Part shown: positions 18,368-27,899 of the stretch, piece by piece
How the letters are laid out: each line of letters opens with the position of its first letter
Numbering within the stretch: position 1 is the stretch's first letter
NCBI RefSeq assembly: GCF_028368995.1
Contig: NZ_JAQNDL010000001.1
Location: 1,952,001-2,016,000, forward strand
DNA from: Nannocystis bainbridge
Lineage (GTDB): Bacteria; Myxococcota_A; Polyangia; Nannocystales; Nannocystaceae
DNA length: 64,000 bases
Direction: 5' to 3'
Made by a program: the position numbers and the translations under genes
The notes under the pieces: model-generated
Databases searched by the model: none
What the model saw: only the letters and a program-made list of their open reading frames with translations
Told to the model about the DNA's origin: nothing

Positions 18368-19951
18368 TCACACCGGCCCGTAGTTGCCTGACACGCTCAG
18401 CAGCCCCGCCTCGAAGCGGTTGCTGCCGGTCGCGTACCACACGCTGTCGTTGTCGCCGCCCGGCCCGTACCACACGATGTCCGTGTCGCCGTCGCCGTCG
18501 AAGTCGCCCGGCACGGCAGTGAACCCGCCGATCACGTTCCACGCCGTCCCGTCCTGCCGCTTCGGCTGGCTGCTGCTGAAGCTGCGCGCCGCCGTGCCGT
18601 TCCACAGGTTGTCGGGCGCCTCGCCCGGCGCGTACCAGAAGATGTCGTCGCGCCCGTCGCCGTTGAAGTCGCCCGCGAACGGCAAGTAAAGGCCCGCGAC
18701 ATTGGTCGTCGTCGTCTTGTCGAACGGCACGTTGGTGCTGGCCCGCCCGTACCACACCGCCTCGGGCAGCTCGACCCCGCCGTACCACAGGATGTCGGTG
18801 CGGCCGTCGCCGTCGAAGTCGCCCGCGACCGGCAGGTAGTTGCCGTCGACCGTGATCGGCACGTTGTTGAACTTGTTGCCGCCGAGCCCGTACCACACGA
18901 AATCGTCGGCGCCGCCGGGCGCGTACCAGAACACGTCGTCGAACCCGTCGCCGTTGAAGTCACCGGCGATCGGCTGATAGTCCATCCCGCCGACGTTGAA
19001 CACCGCGCCGCCGCTGGTCTTCGGCGTCGACTTGGTGAACCCGCCATTGGCCGTGCCGTTCCAGATCGCCTCGGGCAGCTCGCCCGGCGCGTAGAAGAAC
19101 ACGTCGCCGCGGCCGTCGCCGTTGAAGTCGCCCGCCACCGTGAAGTACAGCGATTGCACGTTCGGCGCGAACGTCTGGTTGAACCCGCCGGCCTCCTTGC
19201 CGAGCCACAGCGGATCGGCGCCGTCACCCGCCTGATACCAGAAGATGTCGTCCGCGCCGTCCCCGTTGTAGTCGCGGTTGCTCGACTGGCTCGCCCGCTT
19301 GAGCGGCGGCTTCGGCGGCTCCGGCGGCTCCGGCGGGGCCGCGCCGCACGGACCGCCGCCCGGACCGCCGCCCCACCACTCCCAGTGCCACGGCTCGCTC
19401 GGCACCGTGCGCTTGAACCCGTAGCTGGCCCCGTGGGCGTTCAGCCACGCGAGCACCCCCGACGACGAGGTGTTGAGATCGAGCGCGTGCCCGCTCTGGT
19501 GATTGCTGTAGCCCGGCTTGGCGGCGATGTTGCAGTTGTTGCACGAACAGGTCTGGTAGCAGTTCCAGAAGTACTCCTGCTCGGCCATCGTGCGGAAGCC
19601 GCTGCCCACCGTGATGTGCACCCCGCCCGCCGCCGCCGCCTGCTGCATGACGTAGAACGCGTTCGCCGTGGCGATCTGGACCGGCTCGCCGTCGACCGTC
19701 ACCAGCTCGATCTGGAACGGCACCCCGTCGACGTAGCCGGTCGCGCTCGAGGCGGCGCAGCTGATCCCGGCCGCCGGCCGGTCCTCGCTGGTGTACTCGC
19801 GGCCGTGCTCGTGGCCGTCGGGCAGGCCCTCGGGCGCGCCGGCCGGGTCCTCGGCGTCGGCCGTGGTCTCGGCGTCGGCCAGGTCGTCGACCTGCTCGGC
19901 ATCGCAGGCGCACAGGGCCGCCGCCGCCAGGGCGGGCCGCAGGAGCTTCAT
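18368..19951 (-). CDS. Lipoprotein: M15 (VanY-like) Zn peptidase plus FG-GAP repeat domain
   Basis: SGFRT, SNHQSGHALD (SxHxxGxAxD) and EPWH motifs, followed by repeated GDFNGDGxDDIFWY units. Confidence 0.88.
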   Translation of the reverse strand: MKLLRPALAAAALCACDAEQVDDLADAETTADAEDPAGAPEGLPDGHEHGREYTSEDRPAAGISCAASSATGYVDGVPFQIELVTVDGEPVQIATANAFYVMQQAAAAGGVHITVGSGFRTMAEQEYFWNCYQTCSCNNCNIAAKPGYSNHQSGHALDLNTSSSGVLAWLNAHGASYGFKRTVPSEPWHWEWWGGGPGGGPCGAAPPEPPEPPKPPLKRASQSSNRDYNGDGADDIFWYQAGDGADPLWLGKEAGGFNQTFAPNVQSLYFTVAGDFNGDGRGDVFFYAPGELPEAIWNGTANGGFTKSTPKTSGGAVFNVGGMDYQPIAGDFNGDGFDDVFWYAPGGADDFVWYGLGGNKFNNVPITVDGNYLPVAGDFDGDGRTDILWYGGVELPEAVWYGRASTNVPFDKTTTTNVAGLYLPFAGDFNGDGRDDIFWYAPGEAPDNLWNGTAARSFSSSQPKRQDGTAWNVIGGFTAVPGDFDGDGDTDIVWYGPGGDNDSVWYATGSNRFEAGLLSVSGNYGPV

Positions 19952-21025
19952 TCGCAGGGAATTACCATTGAACATGGAATGCATGGTCGTCATCTCCACC
20001 GATTGTCGGGCCGCGAAGGTGCGCGGCGCTATCAACATTGCAAAGGTTGTTTCGCGTGACTGTCAGACCGGCCCGTAATTGCCGGACACGCTGAGGAGGC
20101 CGGGCTCGAAGCGGTTGCTGCCGGTCGCGTACCACACGCTGTCGTTGTCGCCGCCCGGCCCGTACCACACGATGTCCGTGTCGCCGTCGCCGTCGAAGTC
20201 GCCCGGCACCGCCGTGAACCCGCCGATCACGTTCCACGCCGTCCCGTCCTGCCGCTTCGGCTGGCTGCTGCTGAAGCCGCGCGCCGCCGTGCCGTTCCAC
20301 AGGTTGTCGGGCGCCTCGCCCGGCGCGTACCAGAAGATGTCGTCGCGCCCGTCGCCGTTGAAGTCGCCGGCGAACGGCAGATACAGGCCCGCGACGTTGC
20401 TGGTGGTCGTCTTGTCGAACGGCACGTTGGTGCTGGCCCGCCCGTACCACACCGCCTCCGGGGCCTCGCCGCCGCCATACCACAGGATGTCGCTGCGGCC
20501 GTCGCCGTCGAAGTCGCCCGCGACCGGCAAGTAGGTGCCGGCGATCGTGATCGGCACGTTCTCGAACTTGTTGCCGCCGAGCCCGTACCACACAAAATCG
20601 TCGGCCTCGCCCGGCGCGTACCACAGCACGTCGTCGAACCCGTCGCCGTCGAAATCACCGGCGATCGGCTGGTAGTGCATGCCGCCGACGTTGAACACCG
20701 CCCCGCCGCTGGTCTTCGGCGTCGACTTGGTGAACCCACCATTGGCCGTGCCGTTCCAGATCGCCTCGGGCAGCTCGCCCGGCGCGTAGAAGAACACGTC
20801 GCCGCGGCCGTCGCCGTTGAAGTCGCCCGCCACCGTGAAGTACAGCGATTGCACGTTCGGCGCGAACGTCTGCGTGAACCCGCCGGCCGCCTTGCCGAGC
20901 CACAGCGGATCGGCGCCGTCGCCCGCCTGATACCAGAAGATGTCGTCCGCGCCGTCGCCGTTGTAGTCGCGGTTGCTCGACTGGCTCGCTCGCTTGAGCG
21001 GCGGCTTCGGCGGCTCCGGCGGCTC
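18368..21025. repeat. About 963-bp near-identical direct repeat (18368-19330 versus 20063-21025)
   Basis: Both copies encode EPPEPPKPPLKRASQSSNRDYNGDG...LLSVSGNYGPV* colinearly with scattered substitutions. Confidence 0.95.
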
Positions 21026-21868
21026 GGCCGGCACCACGCACGCGCCCTGGGCTTGCAGGATCTGGATGTCGGCCCCGTAGTAGAAGCGGAGGATCCCGCT
21101 GCTGTCGCGGCCCTTCTGCTCGAGGCAGCGCGCGCCCCACTGCGACATGCAGCCGCGATTCTGCCCGTAGCCCGCCGAACCGAGCGGGAACACGTAGCCG
21201 AGCGTGGTCTGCGAGACGCCCTGACCGCTCTTGCCGTCGTTGAAGGTGACGTACTTCTCGGTCGCCGCGACCGAGCCGTTGGCGGTGTCGATGCAGCTCG
21301 ACTGCGGCAGGTTGGGATCGCCGGCGACGTAGAAGCCGTAGGTCAGCCAGCCGTTGTGAGACAGGTACTGCCCCGCCGTCTCGGCCGCGGCCTCGTAATG
21401 GATCGCCTGCGGCGCGATCCCGCAGGAGTAGACCTGACAGCCCTGGCTGTCGCAGATCGTGCCGTCATTGGCCATCGCGTAATAAGCGACCGAGCGGGCC
21501 GCGATCGCCTGGGCCTTGAGCGCCTCGAAGTCGGCGCCGCCGTTCTCGCAGGCGATGACGCGCGGGATGTAATCGGTCTCGGTGGCACGATTGACCCCGG
21601 CGACGTTGATCGTGCAGTAGGCCGCCGGCAGCGGGGCCTGGATGCTGCCGGCCGCGGGCTCGCTGGGCTGGACGAGGTCCGCCATGCCGGGCTGCATGCC
21701 GCGCGGGTCGCCGGGCTCCTCGCCCTCGGCGAGGTCGACATCATCATCCAGAGTGTCGACGGCGTCGGCGGCCATGTCAGTACAGGCGCCGACGAGGGCC
21801 GGCAGCGTGAGGAGGGCGAGGACGGCAGCGCCGCGGGCGGGCCGCGAGGAATCGGTCGAGACGAACAT
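20063..21868 (-). CDS. Lipoprotein: SpoIID/LytB-type lytic transglycosylase plus FG-GAP repeat domain
   Basis: YIPRVIACE, EALKAQAIAARS, CQVY and MSQWGA..ILRFYY motifs, the same FG-GAP tail, AGGAG RBS and LVGAC lipobox. Confidence 0.88.
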   Translation of the reverse strand: MFVSTDSSRPARGAAVLALLTLPALVGACTDMAADAVDTLDDDVDLAEGEEPGDPRGMQPGMADLVQPSEPAAGSIQAPLPAAYCTINVAGVNRATETDYIPRVIACENGGADFEALKAQAIAARSVAYYAMANDGTICDSQGCQVYSCGIAPQAIHYEAAAETAGQYLSHNGWLTYGFYVAGDPNLPQSSCIDTANGSVAATEKYVTFNDGKSGQGVSQTTLGYVFPLGSAGYGQNRGCMSQWGARCLEQKGRDSSGILRFYYGADIQILQAQGACVVPAEPPEPPKPPLKRASQSSNRDYNGDGADDIFWYQAGDGADPLWLGKAAGGFTQTFAPNVQSLYFTVAGDFNGDGRGDVFFYAPGELPEAIWNGTANGGFTKSTPKTSGGAVFNVGGMHYQPIAGDFDGDGFDDVLWYAPGEADDFVWYGLGGNKFENVPITIAGTYLPVAGDFDGDGRSDILWYGGGEAPEAVWYGRASTNVPFDKTTTSNVAGLYLPFAGDFNGDGRDDIFWYAPGEAPDNLWNGTAARGFSSSQPKRQDGTAWNVIGGFTAVPGDFDGDGDTDIVWYGPGGDNDSVWYATGSNRFEPGLLSVSGNYGPV

Positions 21869-21975
21869 GCGTGGGACTCCTTGGGGTGACTCGGTCACCT
21901 CTCACGCTGTCTTCCCGGCTCGCCGACCATCCGTCACGGCCCGTCACGCCGACGACGATTTTTTTCGAGGCGCGG

Positions 21976-23544
21976 TCACGGCACGAATCCGGCCAGGATG
22001 GCGTCGCTGTCGGCGATCGCCTGGCCACCGAGCCCAACCCCGTCGCCGCAGGCGTCCGCGACCACGGCGACCACTTCCGCGCTGGCGGCGATGCCATAGC
22101 CGAGCGCGCGCGACTCGCCGTCGCCGACACAGATTTCGCCCCCCGGCTCCTGGTCGCTGATCGCGTGCGAGTTGAGCCGCAGCTCGGAATCGAGGTCGAG
22201 CAGGAACATGCGAATGCCGGTGTCGCCGACATCCGCGATCGTGTCGCCAGCGACCTCGAGCGTGCCGACGAACTGGCCCAGCACGTAGATGGCGCCCTGG
22301 TGGACCGCGACCGCGTGGACCTCGCCGGCCTGGATCGTGCCGGACTCGAGCATGTCATGGGCGACGCAGCCGCCGTCCAGCGCCGAGAGGCGGGTGACGA
22401 AGCCGGTGTAACGATCGAGCGAGTCGTCCTCGCAGCCAGGCAGGCCCGGGAAGAATTGCCCCTCGCCGAGGCCGACGACGACGACGTCGCCGCTGCCGTC
22501 GTCGGTCACGGCGAGCCCGTTGACGCGGTCCTTGTAGCTGCTGCCGAGCGTGACGATCCAGCTGTCGCCGGCGAACATGGCCTCCGAATCCTCGGGCAGG
22601 TCGAGCCCGACGCGGGCGACGAATCCATTGGCCGCGCCGACGACCACGGGCTCGTCACCCGCGACCGGCCCGGTGATCTGGCCGGCGATGAAGACCGCGT
22701 CGCCGCTGACCGCGACGGCGGAGGCGGTGGTGGTGCGCACCGGCTCTCCGTTCATCGGATCGATCACCGGCGGGCTCAAGAGGCAGCGCGGCGTGACCTG
22801 GTCGAGCGCGGGCGCGAGGGCGGCGATCAGAAAGCCAAAGGTGTCCGGATCGGCGCTGGCACAGTCGCCGGCCGCGAACAGCTGCCCCGCGTCGCCGAGC
22901 GCGAGCGCTCGCACCTCGGTCGCCTGACCCAGCGCGGTGGTGGCAGCCGTCGGCGCGCCGTCCTCGACAGCGAAGCTGGCGACGAACGCCCCGCCGCCCG
23001 CGAGCACCGGCAGCGCGCCGAAGCTCAGCGGCGCCGCGCACCTGCCGCCGATGTACACCTCGGTCTCGCCGACGACGAGCGCCAGAGCGACGCCGCTCGC
23101 GCCCGCGTCCTGCGGCTCGCCCGCGGTGAACCACTGCAGCGCGCCGGCGCAGTCGAACTTGGCGACGAACGGCGCCTGCTCGCCGATCGCCAGCGCGTGT
23201 TGAAAGCCGCCGATCGCGATCTCCTGGTCGAAGTTGCCGGCCACGTAGGTGTTGCCCGCCCCGTCGAGCGCGACCGCCTGCAGCGTCTGCTTGCCGGCGC
23301 CGGTGACGTGGATCAGCGAGGCGATCGAGCTCCCCGGTCCGCTCGGCGGCTCGCACTCGAGCGCGCCCGTGGTCGTGCCGGTGGTCGTCGGTATCATCGC
23401 CCCGGAGGACGTCGATTCCGCGATCGTCGTCTCGCCCCCCGTCGTCGTGCTGGTGATGACCGAGGTCGATCCGGCCCCGTCGCTGTCGATCGGCACGACC
23501 TGCGGCGTGCAGGCGAGGATCACAGTCCATGCGAGCCGTCGCAA
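21976..23544 (-). CDS. Lipoprotein, SBBP-like beta-propeller
   Basis: TTG start with GAGGAG upstream, VILAC lipobox, Thr-rich linker, AVALDGAGNTYVAGNF and FVAKFD repeats. Confidence 0.7.
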   Translation of the reverse strand: MRRLAWTVILACTPQVVPIDSDGAGSTSVITSTTTGGETTIAESTSSGAMIPTTTGTTTGALECEPPSGPGSSIASLIHVTGAGKQTLQAVALDGAGNTYVAGNFDQEIAIGGFQHALAIGEQAPFVAKFDCAGALQWFTAGEPQDAGASGVALALVVGETEVYIGGRCAAPLSFGALPVLAGGGAFVASFAVEDGAPTAATTALGQATEVRALALGDAGQLFAAGDCASADPDTFGFLIAALAPALDQVTPRCLLSPPVIDPMNGEPVRTTTASAVAVSGDAVFIAGQITGPVAGDEPVVVGAANGFVARVGLDLPEDSEAMFAGDSWIVTLGSSYKDRVNGLAVTDDGSGDVVVVGLGEGQFFPGLPGCEDDSLDRYTGFVTRLSALDGGCVAHDMLESGTIQAGEVHAVAVHQGAIYVLGQFVGTLEVAGDTIADVGDTGIRMFLLDLDSELRLNSHAISDQEPGGEICVGDGESRALGYGIAASAEVVAVVADACGDGVGLGGQAIADSDAILAGFVP

Positions 23545-23566
23545 ACCGGTGATTCTCCTCGTCGCA

Positions 23567-23703
23567 GACCTCAAGCCTCGCGCCGCATCCCTGTCATGTC
23601 TGGACGACCGGCGCGGTCTGGATCGCGTCGCACCCGACCTCACGCCTCGCGCCGCCGCATCCCTGTCGTGTCTGGACAGCCGGCGAGGTGCGGATCGCGT
23701 CGT
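23567..23703. repeat. Two imperfect tandem copies of a roughly 69-bp unit
   Basis: GACCTCA.GCCTCGCGCCGC..ATCCCTGTC.TGTCTGGAC at 23567 and 23636. Confidence 0.7.
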
Positions 23704-23711
23704 CGCTGGCT

Positions 23712-25034
23712 TCACGCCTTGCACCGCTTCATCAGCGCCGTGAACTGCGGATCGCTCGGATACTGGTCGGCGACCGTGCGCGCCGTCGCCACGTTGCCGC
23801 GGGTGCAGTGGATGCGCACGCGCATCAGGTCGCGGATGTCCGCGCTGGGGCTGCGCGGGAAATCGCGCCGGTGCTCGTCCAGCAGCGACAGGGCCAGGCT
23901 GGTGTTGCCCGCGGCCAGCGCGGCCTTGGCCTCGTCGAGGATCCGGTGCTCGGCGGCCAGGCTGTTGCGGCGCGCGCTCGACGGATCTTCGACCGGCGGG
24001 GCGCTCACGGGCGGCGGCGGAGCGCTGCGGCGCGCCGGACGACGCGGCGCGACAGTCGGCGGCGAGGGCTCGCTCCCGATCGCGGCCTTTGATGATTCGT
24101 CCTCACCGGCCGACTGCGGTGATTCGTCCTCGCCGGCCGACTGCGGTGATTCACCCGCCACCGGCAATGCTGCCTCGCCCGCCTTTGAGGATTCGCCCCC
24201 ACCATTCGCTTGCGCTGATTCCCCCGCCTCGCCGCTCGCCGCGGCCTGCGGTGATTCCTGCGCCTCGACGCCTCGCGCGCCGACGGCAGCGATCGCCGGC
24301 CCGGTCGACTCCTCGCGCAGCCCCGCCATCAGCGCCGCCGCGGCCACCACCGTGGCCACGATCGCCGCCGCCCCCAGCAGCAGCCCCGAGCGCGGCGCCG
24401 CCTGCCCGGCAGCCGCCACCGGGCCCAGCTGCGCCGGGATCGGCCCCGACAGCGCCGCGCTCAGGCGATCGAGCTCGCCCGGGGCCGGCCCCTGCTGCAG
24501 ACAGTGGCGCTGGATCAGCAGCGCCCAGCCGGCCGCGCCAAGCGTCGCCGCGAACGCCTGGCAGCGGCGGCGAGCCAGGCGCAGGCGCGAATAGATGGTG
24601 TTGAGCGGGGCCCCGAGCGCCTCCGACACCTCCGGCGCCGACAGGCCCTCGCCGTCGCACAGCATCAGCACCTCGCGCTGGTCTTCGGGCAGCTCGCGCA
24701 GCACCGCCTCGAGCGTCCAGGCCGCCTCGCTGCGCGACATCGGCTCCTCGCGGGCCTCGCGGGCCGTCTCGGCGTCGGTCAGCGCCTGCGCCTTGCGCAT
24801 GTGGCGGGCGTAGCCACGGCGCAGGTGGCGGACGTGGTTCCACACCACCGCCGTCAGCCACGGCTTCAGCGGGCGCGTCAGGTCGACGCTCTCCAGCTGG
24901 CGGAACACCGAGACCCACACCTCTTGCGCGACGTCGTGCAGCTGCTCGGGTGGGACGCCGAAGTGACGCGCGAGCCGCCACACGTGCGCGGCGTGCTCGG
25001 TGTAAATGGCGGCGAACTTCGGGTCGCGGGTCAT
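23712..25034 (-). CDS. ECF sigma-70 factor fused to a TM segment and a TPR-like extracytoplasmic domain
   Basis: Sigma2 (HDVAQEVWV, LKPWL), sigma4 (LPEDQREV...LNTIYSRLRLARR), TM LLLGAAAIVATVVAAAALMAGL, C-terminal SLAAEHRILDEAKAALAAG. Confidence 0.85.
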   Translation of the reverse strand: MTRDPKFAAIYTEHAAHVWRLARHFGVPPEQLHDVAQEVWVSVFRQLESVDLTRPLKPWLTAVVWNHVRHLRRGYARHMRKAQALTDAETAREAREEPMSRSEAAWTLEAVLRELPEDQREVLMLCDGEGLSAPEVSEALGAPLNTIYSRLRLARRRCQAFAATLGAAGWALLIQRHCLQQGPAPGELDRLSAALSGPIPAQLGPVAAAGQAAPRSGLLLGAAAIVATVVAAAALMAGLREESTGPAIAAVGARGVEAQESPQAAASGEAGESAQANGGGESSKAGEAALPVAGESPQSAGEDESPQSAGEDESSKAAIGSEPSPPTVAPRRPARRSAPPPPVSAPPVEDPSSARRNSLAAEHRILDEAKAALAAGNTSLALSLLDEHRRDFPRSPSADIRDLMRVRIHCTRGNVATARTVADQYPSDPQFTALMKRCKA

Positions 25035-25070
25035 GGGGTCTTCTGGGCTGCCCGGCTCCGGGGCGTTCCG

Positions 25071-25913
25071 TCACTGGCTTGCACGAAATTCGAGGCCGAG
25101 CCCGCCGGCGAAGAAAAACCGAGTGATTCCGTAGCTCCCGCCGGCGCCTCGGGGCTCCAGCGGCGGCAGCAGCGGGCCGCCCGAGGCCCCGAGCCACAGG
25201 CCGACGACCCGGTGAAACCACCACACCAGCCCCGGCGCCGCGTGGACGTTGAAGGTCGGGACCGCGCGGTTCCACGCCGCCCCGCCGCGCCCGGCCAGCG
25301 CCCCGCCCTCGACCCCCGCGCACAGCAAAAAATCGACGCGCCGGGTCGGCAGCACCCCGCAGCCGCGCACCAGCAGCGAGCCGCGGACCCAGTCCGAGCG
25401 GAACGCCGGGTCGTCGGGCCGCAGCCGCAGGCCGTCGACCCCGTCGGCCGCGAGCCCGAGCTCGAGCCGCGCGTGCTTCCACACCACCCCGAGGATCGCC
25501 TGCCCGCCGCCAAAGGCCCCGCGCGGCAGCAGCCCGAGCCCGACCTGCCCGGCCAGGCGCACGTGCAGCGCGGGCCGCCGCTTCGCCGGCGCCTCGTCGA
25601 CCGCCCAGGTGCGCCACACGGTGTCGGCGTAATGGATGAAGTCGTCGACCAACTCGAAGCAATGGCCCGACTCGACCGCCGGCCGCTCGGTGGTCCCGAA
25701 CTCGCCGCGCGCCGCCGTCTCGAGCCGCCAGGTCTGCGCGTCGACGCGGGTCACGCGGGCGCGAAAATCGGTCACCGCCGAGCGCGGCACGTCGGCCACG
25801 GTCGTCTGCAGCCGCGCCCGCACGTCCGCGGCCGTCGGGCACTCGGGCGGAGCCTGCCACGCCACGGCCGGCGCGGACGCCAGCAGCAGCGACAGCGAGA
25901 AGGGGGCGAGCAC
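25071..25913 (-). CDS. Secreted or outer-membrane hypothetical protein upstream of the ECF gene
   Basis: Signal peptide, WQAPPECP motif, amphipathic beta strands ending GLGLEF. Start uncertain. Confidence 0.6.
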   Translation of the reverse strand: MLAPFSLSLLLASAPAVAWQAPPECPTAADVRARLQTTVADVPRSAVTDFRARVTRVDAQTWRLETAARGEFGTTERPAVESGHCFELVDDFIHYADTVWRTWAVDEAPAKRRPALHVRLAGQVGLGLLPRGAFGGGQAILGVVWKHARLELGLAADGVDGLRLRPDDPAFRSDWVRGSLLVRGCGVLPTRRVDFLLCAGVEGGALAGRGGAAWNRAVPTFNVHAAPGLVWWFHRVVGLWLGASGGPLLPPLEPRGAGGSYGITRFFFAGGLGLEFRASQ

Positions 25914-26143
25914 CGCAGCGATGGTACCGGCCGGGCATTTGCTCCGGCAAGCGGCGGGACCGAGCAGCGGCGACGAGGCCCACAGTCGAGCTCGGCACAC
26001 GCCCGCTCCGGCGGCGCCGACCCGCGCAGGCCGCTTCACGCTCGATCGCGCAAGCTGGCCGCCGACCCGGGACGAGCCACCCATTTCACCCGCCGACCCG
26101 ACGCTGCGAGACGCGCTCGGACGAGGACGCGGCGCAAAGCACA

Positions 26144-26378
26144 TGACCATTCGAGCATGTCCGAAAGATCATGCTCCGGACCGCCGCGCCCTCGCACGCG
26201 GCTCGTGAGGTCGATGCTCGCCTCGCGGAAATCCCATGGGACTCGGTACGCCTCGACGACCCCGAGCTCCCTCTTCGGCCGCGACTCCCAGCCGTCAAAT
26301 CAACGACATGTCCGCTCGAGCATGCCCCTTCGAGCATGCCCTTTCGAGCATGCCCCTTCGAGCATGCCCTGAGAGCCA
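26144..26378. repeat. Arrays of 14-bp TG..CA units
   Basis: Two units at 26144-26171 and five abutting units at 26309-26378 (TGCCCCTTCGAGCA type). Confidence 0.85.
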
Positions 26379-26388
26379 GGCCGAGCGC

Positions 26389-27654
26389 TCAATCCACGGC
26401 GAAGCGCCGCACCCACCACTGGTTGTTGTCGTCGTGATCGAGCCGGGTCAAGACGTGTCCGCCGACCACCAGGTAGTCGGCGCCGAAGGTCGCCGCGAGC
26501 GCCTCGCCGAGCTTGTCCTCGGACGGGTCGGAGAACCGCGAAGTCCACCGCACCTCGCCCTCACCGTCGAACAGGTGGACAGTCGCGGTCCAGTTGTCCC
26601 GCGCGTCGGCGCCGACGACGGCGACGTGGCCCCCCGCGCCCGCAGCCAATTGCTCCGGCCGGAGCCGCTGCATGGCGGTGTCGAGGGTGAGCTCGGTCCA
26701 CGCCGCTTGCTGATCGGCCGTCACACGCCGGACGATGTGCGCCCCGGGTTCGACGATTTGCCCGGCCAGCGCGAGACCGCCGTCGCCGAGGCTCGCGACC
26801 GACTTCCAGGCCGGGTTCAGCGGGTCGTCGAGCGCGAGCGAGAGCGCGGCGCCGGTGTCGGTGGCGAACGCGGCGAGCATCGGCCGCCGCTCTTCGTCGA
26901 AGAGGTGCCCGGGCACGAGGACCCGCTCGCCGACCACCACGACCTCGGCGGGGCTGACGATCGGGCCCTCCGCCGTCGCCGTCTCCCACACGATCTCGCC
27001 CGTCTCGAGATCGTGGCGGCGCACCAGCATCTGCCCCTCGACCGCGTTCGAGCCCGAGATCGCAAACAGCCCGTCGCCGGCGGCGGCGATGTCGATGATG
27101 AACTCCTCGGGCGGCGTCCATGAGCCCAGCTCCGTGCCGTCGGGGGCGAATCGATGAATCCCGGAGTGAGGGGTCGTCAGGACGATCTGCCCCCCGGTGG
27201 CGACGGTGATAGGTCCCCTGTCCGGCAGATCGATGGTCCACAGCTCGGCGCCGTCGGGCGCGAAGGCCCTCAGCTTGGAGAGCTCCTCGAACACGCCGGT
27301 GGTGCAGATGTAGATCGTGCCGTCCGGCGCCGCGGCGAGGTCCGTGAGCTGGCCCTTGCCCTGGCGGGTCCACACGACAGTGCCGGTCACCGTGCAGTCG
27401 GCGTCGCAGCCGTCGTTGGGCTCGTCGTTGCCGTCGTCGCAGGCCTCGCCGTCGCCGACCACGCCGTCGCCACACACCGCGGGCAGCGGCGCGCCGGTGG
27501 TCGAGCCGGTGGGCATCTCCCCGCCGGCCGGATCGCCGGTGGTGAGCACGGGCTCGTCGGTGGCGGATTCACCCTGCTGCGCGTCACCGACGATGATCGA
27601 GGGGACGCAGGCCGATAGAGCGAGCGCTGTGAGGGATAGGGCGGCAAATCGCAT
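26389..27654 (-). CDS. Lipoprotein with a myxococcal Cys-rich repeat (DUF4215-like) and a PQQ-like beta-propeller
   Basis: GGAGG RBS, LALSAC lipobox, VCGDGVVGDGEACDDGNDEPNDGCDADC. Confidence 0.82.
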   Translation of the reverse strand: MRFAALSLTALALSACVPSIIVGDAQQGESATDEPVLTTGDPAGGEMPTGSTTGAPLPAVCGDGVVGDGEACDDGNDEPNDGCDADCTVTGTVVWTRQGKGQLTDLAAAPDGTIYICTTGVFEELSKLRAFAPDGAELWTIDLPDRGPITVATGGQIVLTTPHSGIHRFAPDGTELGSWTPPEEFIIDIAAAGDGLFAISGSNAVEGQMLVRRHDLETGEIVWETATAEGPIVSPAEVVVVGERVLVPGHLFDEERRPMLAAFATDTGAALSLALDDPLNPAWKSVASLGDGGLALAGQIVEPGAHIVRRVTADQQAAWTELTLDTAMQRLRPEQLAAGAGGHVAVVGADARDNWTATVHLFDGEGEVRWTSRFSDPSEDKLGEALAATFGADYLVVGGHVLTRLDHDDNNQWWVRRFAVD

Positions 27655-27899
27655 GGTGTTGTCCTCCACCGAAGCTCGTCCCCGGCCCCCACGGTTTCCG
27701 TCAAGGCGCCCGTCGATCGGGGAAAAAAGTTCGCGGGGCCCACGAAGCGAGGGCCGCACCTGCGAATCACTCCGCGTGCGCGACGCGTGCGCGCCGCCCA
27801 TCCGACCCGGGTCGGACCTGCTCGTGCGATCGAGTGACTCGGCGCGCACGCCACCGGCGAGACCGGCGAGCATCACCCCGGGCTCGCCGCGGTGACCCC

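Noticed and set aside
21871-24594. 907-aa plus-strand ORF
   Set aside because: Shadow of the lipoprotein and ECF genes, with no recognisable motifs.
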